Part shown: positions 12,601 to 24,340 of the stretch, in pieces
Layout: each line of letters opens with the position of its first letter
Numbering within the stretch: the first letter of the stretch is position 1
Assembly (NCBI GenBank): GCA_046563655.1
Contig: CM102290.1
Span: 1 to 64,000, forward strand
DNA from: Yuukianura sp. NJ FZ-2021
Taxonomy: Eukaryota
Length of the DNA stretch: 64,000 nucleotides
Reading direction: 5' to 3'
Position numbers and translations under genes: made by a program
Notes under the pieces: model-generated
The model's input: only the letters and a program-made list of their open reading frames with translations
Told to the model about the DNA's origin: nothing
The model's database searches: none

Positions 12601-15513
12601 TCGGCAGGTTAGGATTCAAATTCAACAAAAACCCTCGAGATCGGCAGGTTAGGATTCAAATTCAACAAAAACCCTCGAGATCGGCAGGTTAGGATTCAAA
12701 TTCAACAAAAACCCTCGAGATCGGCAGGTTAGGATTCAAATTCAACAAAAACCCTCGAGATCGGCAGGTTAGGATTCAAATTCAACAAAAACCCTCGAGA
12801 TCGGCAGGTTAGGATTCAAATTCAACAAAAACCCTCGAGATCGGCAGGTTAGGATTCAAATTCAACAAAAACCCTCGAGATCGGCAGGTTAGGATTCAAA
12901 TTCAACAAAAACCCTCGAGATCGGCAGGTTAGGATTCAAATTCAACAAAAACCCTCGAGATCGGCAGGTTAGGATTCAAATTCAACAAAAACCCTCGAGA
13001 TCGGCAGGTTAGGATTCAAATTCAACAAAAACCCTCGAGATCGGCAGGTTAGGATTCAAATTCAACAAAAACCCTCGAGATCGGCAGGTTAGGATTCAAA
13101 TTCAACAAAAACCCTCGAGATCGGCAGGTTAGGATTCAAATTCAACAAAAACCCTCGAGATCGGCAGGTTAGGATTCAAATTCAACAAAAACCCTCGAGA
13201 TCGGCAGGTTAGGATTCAAATTCAACAAAAACCCTCGAGATCGGCAGGTTAGGATTCAAATTCAACAAAAACCCTCGAGATCGGCAGGTTAGGATTCAAA
13301 TTCAACAAAAACCCTCGAGATCGGCAGGTTAGGATTCAAATTCAACAAAAACCCTCGAGATCGGCAGGTTAGGATTCAAATTCAACAAAAACCCTCGAGA
13401 TCGGCAGGTTAGGATTCAAATTCAACAAAAACCCTCGAGATCGGCAGGTTAGGATTCAAATTCAACAAAAACCCTCGAGATCGGCAGGTTAGGATTCAAA
13501 TTCAACAAAAACCCTCGAGATCGGCAGGTTAGGATTCAAATTCAACAAAAACCCTCGAGATCGGCAGGTTAGGATTCAAATTCAACAAAAACCCTCGAGA
13601 TCGGCAGGTTAGGATTCAAATTCAACAAAAACCCTCGAGATCGGCAGGTTAGGATTCAAATTCAACAAAAACCCTCGAGATCGGCAGGTTAGGATTCAAA
13701 TTCAACAAAAACCCTCGAGATCGGCAGGTTAGGATTCAAATTCAACAAAAACCCTCGAGATCGGCAGGTTAGGATTCAAATTCAACAAAAACCCTCGAGA
13801 TCGGCAGGTTAGGATTCAAATTCAACAAAAACCCTCGAGATCGGCAGGTTAGGATTCAAATTCAACAAAAACCCTCGAGATCGGCAGGTTAGGATTCAAA
13901 TTCAACAAAAACCCTCGAGATCGGCAGGTTAGGATTCAAATTCAACAAAAACCCTCGAGATCGGCAGGTTAGGATTCAAATTCAACAAAAACCCTCGAGA
14001 TCGGCAGGTTAGGATTCAAATTCAACAAAAACCCTCGAGATCGGCAGGTTAGGATTCAAATTCAACAAAAACCCTCGAGATCGGCAGGTTAGGATTCAAA
14101 TTCAACAAAAACCCTCGAGATCGGCAGGTTAGGATTCAAATTCAACAAAAACCCTCGAGATCGGCAGGTTAGGATTCAAATTCAACAAAAACCCTCGAGA
14201 TCGGCAGGTTAGGATTCAAATTCAACAAAAACCCTCGAGATCGGCAGGTTAGGATTCAAATTCAACAAAAACCCTCGAGATCGGCAGGTTAGGATTCAAA
14301 TTCAACAAAAACCCTCGAGATCGGCAGGTTAGGATTCAAATTCAACAAAAACCCTCGAGATCGGCAGGTTAGGATTCAAATTCAACAAAAACCCTCGAGA
14401 TCGGCAGGTTAGGATTCAAATTCAACAAAAACCCTCGAGATCGGCAGGTTAGGATTCAAATTCAACAAAAACCCTCGAGATCGGCAGGTTAGGATTCAAA
14501 TTCAACAAAAACCCTCGAGATCGGCAGGTTAGGATTCAAATTCAACAAAAACCCTCGAGATCGGCAGGTTAGGATTCAAATTCAACAAAAACCCTCGAGA
14601 TCGGCAGGTTAGGATTCAAATTCAACAAAAACCCTCGAGATCGGCAGGTTAGGATTCAAATTCAACAAAAACCCTCGAGATCGGCAGGTTAGGATTCAAA
14701 TTCAACAAAAACCCTCGAGATCGGCAGGTTAGGATTCAAATTCAACAAAAACCCTCGAGATCGGCAGGTTAGGATTCAAATTCAACAAAAACCCTCGAGA
14801 TCGGCAGGTTAGGATTCAAATTCAACAAAAACCCTCGAGATCGGCAGGTTAGGATTCAAATTCAACAAAAACCCTCGAGATCGGCAGGTTAGGATTCAAA
14901 TTCAACAAAAACCCTCGAGATCGGCAGGTTAGGATTCAAATTCAACAAAAACCCTCGAGATCGGCAGGTTAGGATTCAAATTCAACAAAAACCCTCGAGA
15001 TCGGCAGGTTAGGATTCAAATTCAACAAAAACCCTCGAGATCGGCAGGTTAGGATTCAAATTCAACAAAAACCCTCGAGATCGGCAGGTTAGGATTCAAA
15101 TTCAACAAAAACCCTCGAGATCGGCAGGTTAGGATTCAAATTCAACAAAAACCCTCGAGATCGGCAGGTTAGGATTCAAATTCAACAAAAACCCTCGAGA
15201 TCGGCAGGTTAGGATTCAAATTCAACAAAAACCCTCGAGATCGGCAGGTTAGGATTCAAATTCAACAAAAACCCTCGAGATCGGCAGGTTAGGATTCAAA
15301 TTCAACAAAAACCCTCGAGATCGGCAGGTTAGGATTCAAATTCAACAAAAACCCTCGAGATCGGCAGGTTAGGATTCAAATTCAACAAAAACCCTCGAGA
15401 TCGGCAGGTTAGGATTCAAATTCAACAAAAACCCTCGAGATCGGCAGGTTAGGATTCAAATTCAACAAAAACCCTCGAGATCGGCAGGTTAGGATTCAAA
15501 TTCAACAAAAACC
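645..15513. repeat. Subtelomeric 40-bp satellite, ~370 copies (TTCAAATTCAACAAAAACCCTCGAGATCGGCAGGTTAGGA)
   Basis: Exact 40-bp period; each unit has an XhoI site and AGGTTAGG; A>C variant (AGGC) cluster ~5420-7190. Confidence 0.98.
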
Positions 15514-15530
15514 TTTATAGAGCTTTTGGA

Positions 15531-16690
15531 CATATCTCAAACCCCCGACAACGAAAGGTGTAATGCAAAATTTTCTAAAATGTCAAACACCAGCAAACTG
15601 CTGGCAATGGCCTTCCTAATGCAGAATCTTGAAAATATAATACTGCATCGACATTCTGAAAAAAAAACGTGAACTTGTGAAAAAATTGAACTTTGAACAA
15701 ATGAACGTGAGAAAAAATTGACTGAGAAAATAACGAAGGTGGCAGAATAAACTGAACTTTGAAAACAAGGGACTGTGGAAAAAAGATTAATATGGTAAAG
15801 TAAATTGAACTTTGAAAAAAAATGAAGGTGTCAGAATAAACTGAACTTTCAACAAAATGACTGTCGGGAAAAAAAGGAGTTGTGAACATAAAATGAACTT
15901 TGTAAAAAAAATGACGGTGGAGAAAAAGTGATTGTGGGAAAATGATTAAGGTGGGGATATAAAATGAATTTTGAAAAAAAAATGACTGTGGAAAAAAAAT
16001 GAATATGGGAAAATATAATGGACTCTGAAAAAAAATGACTATTGGAAAAAATGAACGTGGGGAAAAAATGACGGTGAGAAAATAAATTGAACTTTGAAAT
16101 AAAACTCAACGTCGGAAGAAATTAAAGATGACACAGTAAAATGAACTTCGAAAAAAAAATGACTGTGGGAAAAAAATGACGGTGGGGAAAAATGATTGTG
16201 TGAAAATGATGAAGGTGGGGATATCAAATGAACTTTGAAAAAAAAATGACTGTGGGAAAAAAATGAAGGTGGTGAAAAAATGACGGTGGGAAAATAAATT
16301 GAATTTTGAAATAAAAATCAACGTCGGAAGAAAATGAAGGTGGGAGAATAAAGTGCAATTTGAAAAAAAATGACTGTGGAACAAAAAAATGAATATGGGA
16401 AAATATAATGAACTTTGAAAAAAAAATGACCATTCGAAAAAATGATGGTGGGGAGAAAATTACGGTGGGAAAATAAATTGAACTTTGAAATAAAAATCAA
16501 CGTCGGAAGAAAATGAACTATGGGAAAAAAATGAATGTGGGAAAACAAAATGAACTTTGAAAGAAAAACGAGTGTGGGAAAATACTGAGCGTGGGAAACT
16601 AAAATGAACTCTGAAAAAAAATGAACTTTTAAAAACATGACCGTGGGAAAAAGTACTTTGAAAACAATTGAACTTAGAACAAAAAATTAA
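15531..16690 (+). repeat. Conserved ~130-bp array flank followed by degenerate A-rich repeats (AAAATGAACTTTGAAAAAAAATGACTGTGGG-like); body of a dispersed array-carrying element
   Basis: 15531-15660 aligns by eye with the reverse complement of 54902-55030, and both continue into the same A-rich repeat type. Confidence 0.8.
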
Positions 16691-16898
16691 TTTAATTATT
16701 AATTTTCTATTTTTTAGCCTCCTTCCCCCCATGCCCCACCTTCCCCGGGCCCCCCTACCCCCCAAACAAACAACACGGGGGGTAGGAGAGCCCGGACCAT
16801 AGCTTTGGCGTCTACAAATACCCACACCGCTGGGTGGACTCGAACCACCTTCCTGCATAATGCTAAACAGGCGCTCTATACCTGTAAGCTACTATGCC
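16686..16898 (-). ncRNA. tRNA(Ala)-like-headed Pol III unit (SINE head / pseudo-tRNA) with downstream GC hairpin and T6 terminator
   Basis: Minus strand: A box TAGCTTACAGGTATAGAGC, TTAGCAT anticodon-loop-like sequence, T arm GGTGG-TTCGAGT-CCACC (16833-16849); acceptor stem does not pair; hairpin 16745-16795; first T-run at 16681-16686. Confidence 0.6.
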
Positions 16899-17134
16899 AA
16901 CACTGAGAGAATAGGAATCAAAACTTGTATTTATGTTGTGTTTTTTTGCCAAAAAATCATGTTTTTTGCAAAAAAAAACTCCAAAATCCACCGATAGGCG
17001 AGATTTTGGTGTCAAAATCGATACTATTTTAAATTTCCGATCTTTTGACACCAAATTCGGCCATCTCCGAAACGTTTTTCCGACGAAAAAAGCGTTTTTT
17101 TCACAATAGCGTTAAGACAATAGAGCTAAACGTC

Positions 17135-17945
17135 ATCTTAAAATTCTGGAATACGTAATACGGCAAAGAACTAATCAATTACTAGTCGAGATAACGTATT
17201 CCAGAATTTTAATTTGCATAGTTACTGAATAATTAAGCAAAAACTGAATTTGAGGACAATAGGCGCTAATTAGCTTAATTATGCAAATTAAAATTCTGGA
17301 ATACGTCATTTGGCAAAGAACTAATCGATTACAAGCTGATATAACACATTTCAGGATTTTAAATCGATTACTTTAGGCGTAATCAGCAATCGTAGAAATC
17401 GCAAGTACTGGCGATCAAGATTTTGGTTCAATAGTGAAAAATGAAGCTAATTAAGCACTTTAAAACTCCGGAATACGTTATATGGGAAAGAACTAATGAA
17501 TTACAAGTCGATTTAACACATTTCAGGATTTTAAATCGATTACTCTACGAGTAATCTGCAATCGCAGACATCGCAGGTACATGCGATCGTGAGTTTGGCA
17601 CAAAAGTGAAAATTAAAGCTAATTAAGCATTTTAAAACTCTGGAATACGTTATACGGCAAAGAACCAATCGATTACAAGCTGACATAACACATTTCAGGA
17701 TTTTAAATCGATTACTTAAGGTGTAATCAGCAATCGTAGTTATCGCAAGTAGCTGCGACCATAGTTTTGGTACAATAGTAGAAATTAAGCTAATTACGCA
17801 TGTTAAAACTCCGGAATACGTTGCAGAGCAAAGAACTAATCGATTACAAGCTGTGACAACACATTTTAGAGTTTTAAATCGATTACTTTAGGCGTAATCT
17901 GCAATCGCAGACATCGCAAGTACTTGCGATGACTATTATGACACA
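17135..17945. repeat. Degenerate ~170-bp tandem repeat (~5 copies)
   Basis: GGAATACGT..GGCAAAGAACTAATCGATTACAAG-like block recurs at ~17150, 17300, 17470, 17640, 17810. Confidence 0.8.
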
Positions 17946-18110
17946 TTTCAGAGGATTAGCCCTCCGCATTCACAAAAAAAGAAGTTGTGGAGGAAGTTTT
18001 GTCCACTCGTCGGTCCGCACCAGGAATTGAGATTCACATAAATACTGCAGAGGATTAAGATCCAACTCCTCCAAGGGGTAAATCCAACTCCTCTCGCTCT
18101 CATATAAAAT
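17946..18110 (+). promoter_or_regulatory. Promoter module of the MBT gene with TATA box (CATATAAAA ~18101-18109)
   Basis: Upstream of the 5' UTR exon; blocks are colinear with 23855-23990. Confidence 0.5.
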
Positions 18111-18343
18111 GGAAGTCAAGCCAAAATCACTTCATTCTACAGCCACAAGAACAAAAAACGAGAATCTAAAGTTGTTTAATTAAGGGTCGTACTAAGATTA
18201 ATTGAGTTCCGGTTAATCTTAAAGCATCACAACTACATCGCTTCAGGTAAACCCATTGTTTGTATCTAACTGGATAGTCAAAGTGCTTCCATGTTAGTCA
18301 TTATTTGAATGTTTGTTTACTAATGTGTTGCTGGTTAGTGACA

Positions 18344-21300
18344 ATGAGCGGTGTTCCCTGTGAGGGGAGTGGAGTGACGAATGTTACATCTGATGGACAT
18401 GGCCACTACGTTGTCTTCCATCATCCGCACCAAGATCAAGTGACAGTGGACGCTGGTCAGATGCACCTCAACACACAACTGCAATCTAATCCTCCACCCA
18501 TCAACGAAACAGTGGTGGGTTCCGCTAAAGTCAACTACGCAACACTCTCCTCCGTTCCCAATTTCCAGCAAATGAACAACATTTACATGGAGGGGTTGTC
18601 TGGCAACTTGGACGCTGCATCAGGAACAGTAGTTGTGGGCTCGGATAACCAATTGTACAACATTCAAAACAACGGAGACACTCTGCTCTTCTGCCCCTCC
18701 ACTCCAGACCATGGACCTCTCAATCTCATGCCGCTTATTGACACGACCAATCCCGGCACTGCTCCAGCCCAAATTCATGTTAGTCTCCTCTCATCACAAT
18801 TAATTTTTAGCCTAAGTGGGAATTCATTCTGGATTTCTTTTCCGTAGTTTCCAGTGGGGGAGGTTATGGGTGGGAACGACGTCTACGAACTGATTGCTCT
18901 TCCCTCTGATTCCTCAATCACCTCATTCAGCGACCAACCAATCCTCAACCTGGCAAGTGGAGGAAACTACGGACAAATCCTTCCGATTTCTCAGCAACAG
19001 GATACGAACACCCAGTACGTGTTCAGTGTACAGGATGAGCATGGAATGGCCACTGTGAGTACTGTTGGAGGAGTCTTACAGCATCCTGTCCCTCTCTCTG
19101 TTGTGGACAGCTCCTCCATTCTCACGTTCGTCCCAGCCTCAACAGTCACTACAATTGTTAGTCCAAATTATAATTCGGTTCTTTTATCAACTTCAATAAT
19201 TTTACTACCATATTTTTTTCAGGCACCATCCGTTGTTTCACAAATTGACACGGTCACTCCTTCGGCACAGCAAGCAAAGGCCCAACGTACTTATATAACC
19301 GTTGTGGATGATTTCAGCGATCTAATTAAAACTGAAGAGACTGGAAGCGGGAACAGGACGTGGGGATTTGTTGATGAGGAGCAGGACGGACTTAGTTTCA
19401 GTGTGGAATCACAACCTCACGCTGAGGAAGAAGGTGCCTCACAGTTTGAAGGTGGGGATGGTGAAGATTCCAAGGACTCTGTGGAGATCATCGAACAGGA
19501 AACTGTTGGTGCTTCCAGTGAAAATGGAGGTGGACTTAGTTCAGTCAAAAGCAGCCTCTATGACCAGATCCAGTCAGCATTCCACGGGATAGACGGAAAT
19601 CCAGTGGAGCAGAGCATCCGAGTCATGGTGGATGGGCAGTACTACGAAGAAATAAGTGTGAGGCACTCAGCTGACACTCTTCTTCCCACTATCCCAACAA
19701 ATATTGGATTCAACTTTGATTCAACGACGGTCAGTTCATATTTAAAAGAAACAGTATTTCCATCAACAACTTTTAATTTTTTTGTACTTGTACAGATAAA
19801 GAAGATTTCGTTTCCAGTTTCCACTTCTTTTCAAAATAGAACTCGTCTCCCCCAGTTGAAAATTGGAGGAATTCTGTCCAAAGGTCCCACTCAACTCCGC
19901 CCAAAGTCTCTGCCGTCTCTGTCGAAAAGACCAGTAAGTCTCTGGATTATGTTCAACTTTCTTAACTTGAACTCTTTTCTTGTTAATTTTCCAGCCTCAA
20001 TCAGTCCTTTCCACTGGTCCGAAGAATCTGAGTGATTTCACAACCATTACTTTGAGGAATAGCATGGAGGAGGCAACTTTGGAACTTCCTCCAGCTCCTG
20101 TTCACGTGGAAAAACCGAAACTTGTTTCGACGCCCCCGAACAATCGACCGCCGGTTCGCCTTCCAGGAATTCCTCTTGTGGATTGGGTCAACGGAGTTGG
20201 GAAATTCCCTGGGCTGCCTGGAAAGGTAACCCACCAAAAATAGAATTAATTGTTCCAAGTCATTTCACTTTTCCTCTTGTTTTCATTTTAGATTTGTGTG
20301 GATGAAACTTCTGGAATGATGGAGGTGGTTGATTTTAATGCTGCAGAGCATCAACGCCGAGTGAGAGTTCCTCTATCGGCAGTCAAGGAGCAACCGAAGG
20401 CTGTGAGGAAGTTCGAGTACAGCAAAATCAAACCAGTCTCAACCAGCATCCTACCGAAACCAACACTTCCCACTAAGGAATCCGCCAATCCAAAGCCCGA
20501 CATTCCATCTAACGATTCTTCGGAACAACCGAACGCCCGGGAGAGTGAAAAGGAGCAAAGTTCCGAACCATGCGTTACGTCAAAGAAGGAGGAGAGTGTG
20601 GACGTCACTTTTTGTGTCACTTGTGGAACATTGGCAACCAAGGACGTGGAATTCAGTGGAAAAAGATGCAGAAAATGTCTCCAAGTTGAGGAGGAAGAAA
20701 CCGCTGAGCCTGAAGAGGAGTCTCCAGCTACCAAGTTTAAAATTCCCAAGGGAATCACAATCACAAAAACATCAAAACGACAAAGTTCCACCAATGTTTC
20801 TTCTCCTGAATCTTCCAAACCCAGAAGGCTCCTCAGACTCAAACAAGATCCAGAAACAGAAACTGTTCCTAAGTCTACGGATGGAGATGGGAAGAAGTCA
20901 TTGACTTTGCCAGTGCTCAAACTTGAGCCTCCTTTGGATTCAGTTGGAATCACAGTCACTCCCATTTTCCAGACGCCTGGTGCCGAAATGAAAGGAGAGG
21001 GAGATGAACCTTGTTCCAGCAAGTCAGTTGGGGTGGGTACCCTTGGAAAACGGCGCAAGTACCACCGTCGATCCTTGATTGAGCAGAAGAAGATGAAGAA
21101 GAAAGGAATGGACAAAGGGCCAGTGCGGAAGAGAACTCTGGAGAAAGTGCTGAGCACGAAGACGAAGCATGCGAAGAAAAGTCTCCTGGGATCTGGCTCT
21201 TCTCTGAGTGATCCCAAGTCGCCTGGACCAGCTGAAGTGACGGATTCAGACAAAGAGAAAACTGGACATGAGTCGAGCGGGGAAGTTTCGGCCGAACCGA

Positions 21301-21898
21301 AGCTATGTGCTCCACTAATTGAATTCAACTGGCCCAAGTATTTGCAGGAAACAAACTCCAAGTCAGCTCCATCCAGATTCTTCCGCCAACCAGCCTTTCC
21401 TCGTCCAAATCCCTTCAAGTAACTTTATTTTCCAACAACTAAACTAACTAAACATACTACTTTGCTAATCTTGTATTTTTAAGGATCGGGATGATGCTGG
21501 AAGCAGTGGATCCTCAACATCAAAGCCTCTTCTGTGTTGCCAACATTGTGGATGTGCAGGGCTATCGTATTCGTCTCCACCTCACTGGCTACTCGGAAAT
21601 CTTTGACTTTTGGGTGAATGCAGACTCTTATGACATTTTCCCCTCGGGATGGTAAGTTTTTTCATTTCTATTTTGGTTTTAGTCTCTTAATGTTGTTGTT
21701 TGATTGTTAAGGTGTGGAGACAACAATCACCCACTTGAACCACCACCCACCTACGACAACTTTAGTTGGGACAAATACTTGAAGGAGGAAGGTGTGGTGG
21801 GAGCAGATCCCTGGACATCTGACCAGGAGCCTAGGCCAATCTTTCTTTTTGAAAATAAAATCCAAACAGCAACAGACTTCAATCAATTCGAACCGTAA
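18344..21898 (+). CDS. l(3)mbt: L(3)mbt-like MBT-domain protein, multi-exon, apparently 3'-truncated after ~1.3 MBT repeats
   Basis: CxxC..CxxC finger; spliced MBT repeat FNWPKYLQETNSKSAP..FKIGMMLEAVDP..FCVANIVDVQGYRIRLHLTGYS..DFWVNADSYDIFPSGWC..HPLEPP, then FSWDKYL and stop; no SAM domain seen. Confidence 0.7.
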
Positions 21899-22091
21899 TT
21901 AACTAAAAAATTGTTTTTTTCTTTGGATGATAAAGCATCGTTAGTTTCACAAATTAGTACTCGTATTCGCTTTTAATACATGGGAGGGTAGGAGATCCAA
22001 TGCTGGGAAGCTGAATTTTTATTTACAGAGTAAATAGTAAGTACTACGTAAATTACCAGAGACGATCCAGGTTGTTTGTCGTTTGAAAGTA

Positions 22092-23591
22092 TCAATCCAA
22101 TTTGTGATCACCGGATCCAAGAGTGTTGAGTGGTGAAGTTTTGAGTTTGAGTGTTGACTGTTCTCCTTTGCTCACATGACTGTTTGTCAAGTAGTTGTGG
22201 AGAGAGATCTCTAGCTGCTGGATTCCATCCGTGAAGTGGGAGAGGATGATGAAGAGGAGAGTGCAGAAGATGACCCAGCAGAAAGCATACCAGTTCGTAA
22301 ATGTGACATAAATAGTCCAGAATGTCCACAGAGTCCAAGCCCACAGCACAAAGTACATGGCGTTCCAGGGCTCGTCACGCACTGGGAACGAAGACAGTTT
22401 CCGCTCCATCGCCGGAGCGCAGTAGAATTTCTCGAGTGTTGCTTCCTTTTCTTCCCAGCGCTTCTCACACCAAGTCTTGAGTCCTTCCTCGTCACTTGGC
22501 AAAGTGGACAGATCGTGTCTGCGTCAAGTGAGAAAAATGAAAAGTAAATTAAATGTTTGGATGGAACTTAGGTTTCTTGTCTCACCGTTTGATCAAAAAA
22601 TGAACTTCTTCTGGAATTTTTCCTTGGATAACTTCCGCTCCGCTCTGCGGGAGAGTTTTTGGATAAGCGATCGTCATGTCATACACTGCATTGATTTGAC
22701 AATCTGAAAATGAAGAGCGAGTTGAAAAGTGTAATAACAAGAGACAAGAAGCTGAAAGTGAAAGCATGTTCTTTACTTTGTTTCATTCTGGAGACTAGAA
22801 ATGTGAATCCAGTTGTTCGAGGATGTAGAACGTATTCATATGGACGAAGACATTGCTTCGCTGCGAATGCGTTGCTCTTTGTCTTGGTGTCATCGCAAAG
22901 ATCAGTTCCTTCCGGAAAAATGAGGATCTACAAAGAAGAGGAAAGTTGAATGGTTGTAAAGAAAAGAAGTAAGGTGACAGTAAGAGTTTTTGTGACCTGG
23001 TAGTTGTAGCCCAACTCCTTGAAGTAGTCCAAGGATCTTCCCAGGAGACGTTGATCTTTATCCCAATTGCGATGAATGTACAGAAATCCAGCCAGTTGGA
23101 GACCCCACCCAATTCCTGGAATTTCTTTGACTCCAGACTTGAGAACGAATTTACACCTGGAACAGGAGAATAGGAATGAATTGTTGATATGTCAATCATA
23201 AATATAAAGTAGTTGGTGACCTGTGTCGTGGCGGTTTGGTTGCGTGGAGCAGTGCAGCCCAGAGGAAGAACCAGTCGAGACGATTGCGATGATTCATGAC
23301 TAGGATGGCCCCTTCAGAGGGATCGAGATGTACACACGACAAGCCAGCAGTACTTCCAGCATCGCCTGCCAATCATAAAAATCAAGATAAAAGTGATAAA
23401 TTTGATGGAAGTTGGAAAATACTTACTGCAGGATACATTTCCCAGCAGGCCAGCACAATGTCAGTACACTTCCGAAACCATCTTCGACTGATGACGAGGA
23501 GTGGGACGAGCGGGCAGTAGACGAAGAAGACACTCCACAGGATGCTGGCGTACCAAAGGACAACAAACAGTAGACCACGCACCTTTGTCAT
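22092..23591 (-). pseudogene. LCLAT1: Lysocardiolipin acyltransferase 1-like, full length but frameshifted in exon 2 as assembled
   Basis: NHRNRLDW (HxxxxD), FVLK, IFPEGTD, VLHPRTTGF, YDMTIAYP motifs across 6 exons; frame change near 23328 (VYI/LDPSEG). Confidence 0.75.
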
Positions 23592-23768
23592 TGCTCCACT
23601 CACTGACCTTTGACCAATCCAAACTTAACTCACTTTTCATTATCCAACTAATTAACCAACCACAATTAATCAACCTCACTCCCTTAATTAATTGATTTCG
23701 TCTTCGTCTATGCTTTCTGATTCTGTGTTTTTTTTTTTTGGTTTTAACTTTTAAAATCTTTTTGAAGA

Positions 23769-23875
23769 ATTCAAAAGATTTGGCGGACTTTTGTCTCAAG
23801 CACAAAGCAGCGTTGTGTCTAATGCTGAGATAAGCATGTCTGCACTTTCCTTGTTTTCAGAGTATTATAGCCTCC
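23769..23875. promoter_or_regulatory. E2F/CHR-like site plus bipartite motif GTGTCTAATGCTGAGATAA-N18-TGTTTTCAGAG (copy 1)
   Basis: Identical 19-mer at 23815, 35416, 43470; upstream of LCLAT1. Confidence 0.6.
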
Positions 23876-24340
23876 AACTATCAAATTGTGGAGGAATTCT
23901 TGTTAGCCTTTCGGTCCGCACTCGGGAAAAGAAATGTTATAAATAGAGCCAAAGGAGTAGGATCTTACTCCTCTCGTGTTCATATAAAAGGAAAAGAAAC
24001 CAAATTGACAAGACTCAAGTGGCCTCCACTCCTGTTCTCACACCGAGGTCAACTCCAGAGGTCAAGTAAACATCAAAATTCAAAATAAACAAACACAAAG
24101 ACTCCCTGCTAACTGAAACACTCCTCACTACAACTTCCACGTCAATTCACTTCACAAATTAAACTTAACTTTCTGGTTTATCATTAATCTTAACTTCCTA
24201 GGTACATCAAGTACTTTCATCCTCCCACTAAATCAATATGAAAATAGTATTGTCTCTGTCTTAACCTAAGTAATGTTAACATAATTGAAATGTGTTCAGC
24301 CAGTAATTAGGTGATATAAAACCAACGTTTGTGTGTCATA

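Noticed and set aside
645..15513. CRISPR-like array or coding ORFs (2073-2288, 5141-5356) in the 40-bp repeat
   Set aside because: Units are identical with no unique spacers and no cas genes; the ORFs arise from 39-bp indel variants
15575..16858. Phe-rich minus-strand ORFs
   Set aside because: Translations of low-complexity A-rich repeats
16825..16898. Functional tRNA-Ala gene
   Set aside because: Acceptor stem does not pair and the anticodon arm is irregular; kept only as tRNA-derived
20351..21418. 355-aa antisense ORF
   Set aside because: Shadow of the MBT gene's long exon, with no recognisable motif
24262..24269. TAACCTAA as a telomerase RNA template downstream of the orphan promoter
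   Set aside because: An 8-mer in AT-rich DNA is expected by chance; no supporting structure seen
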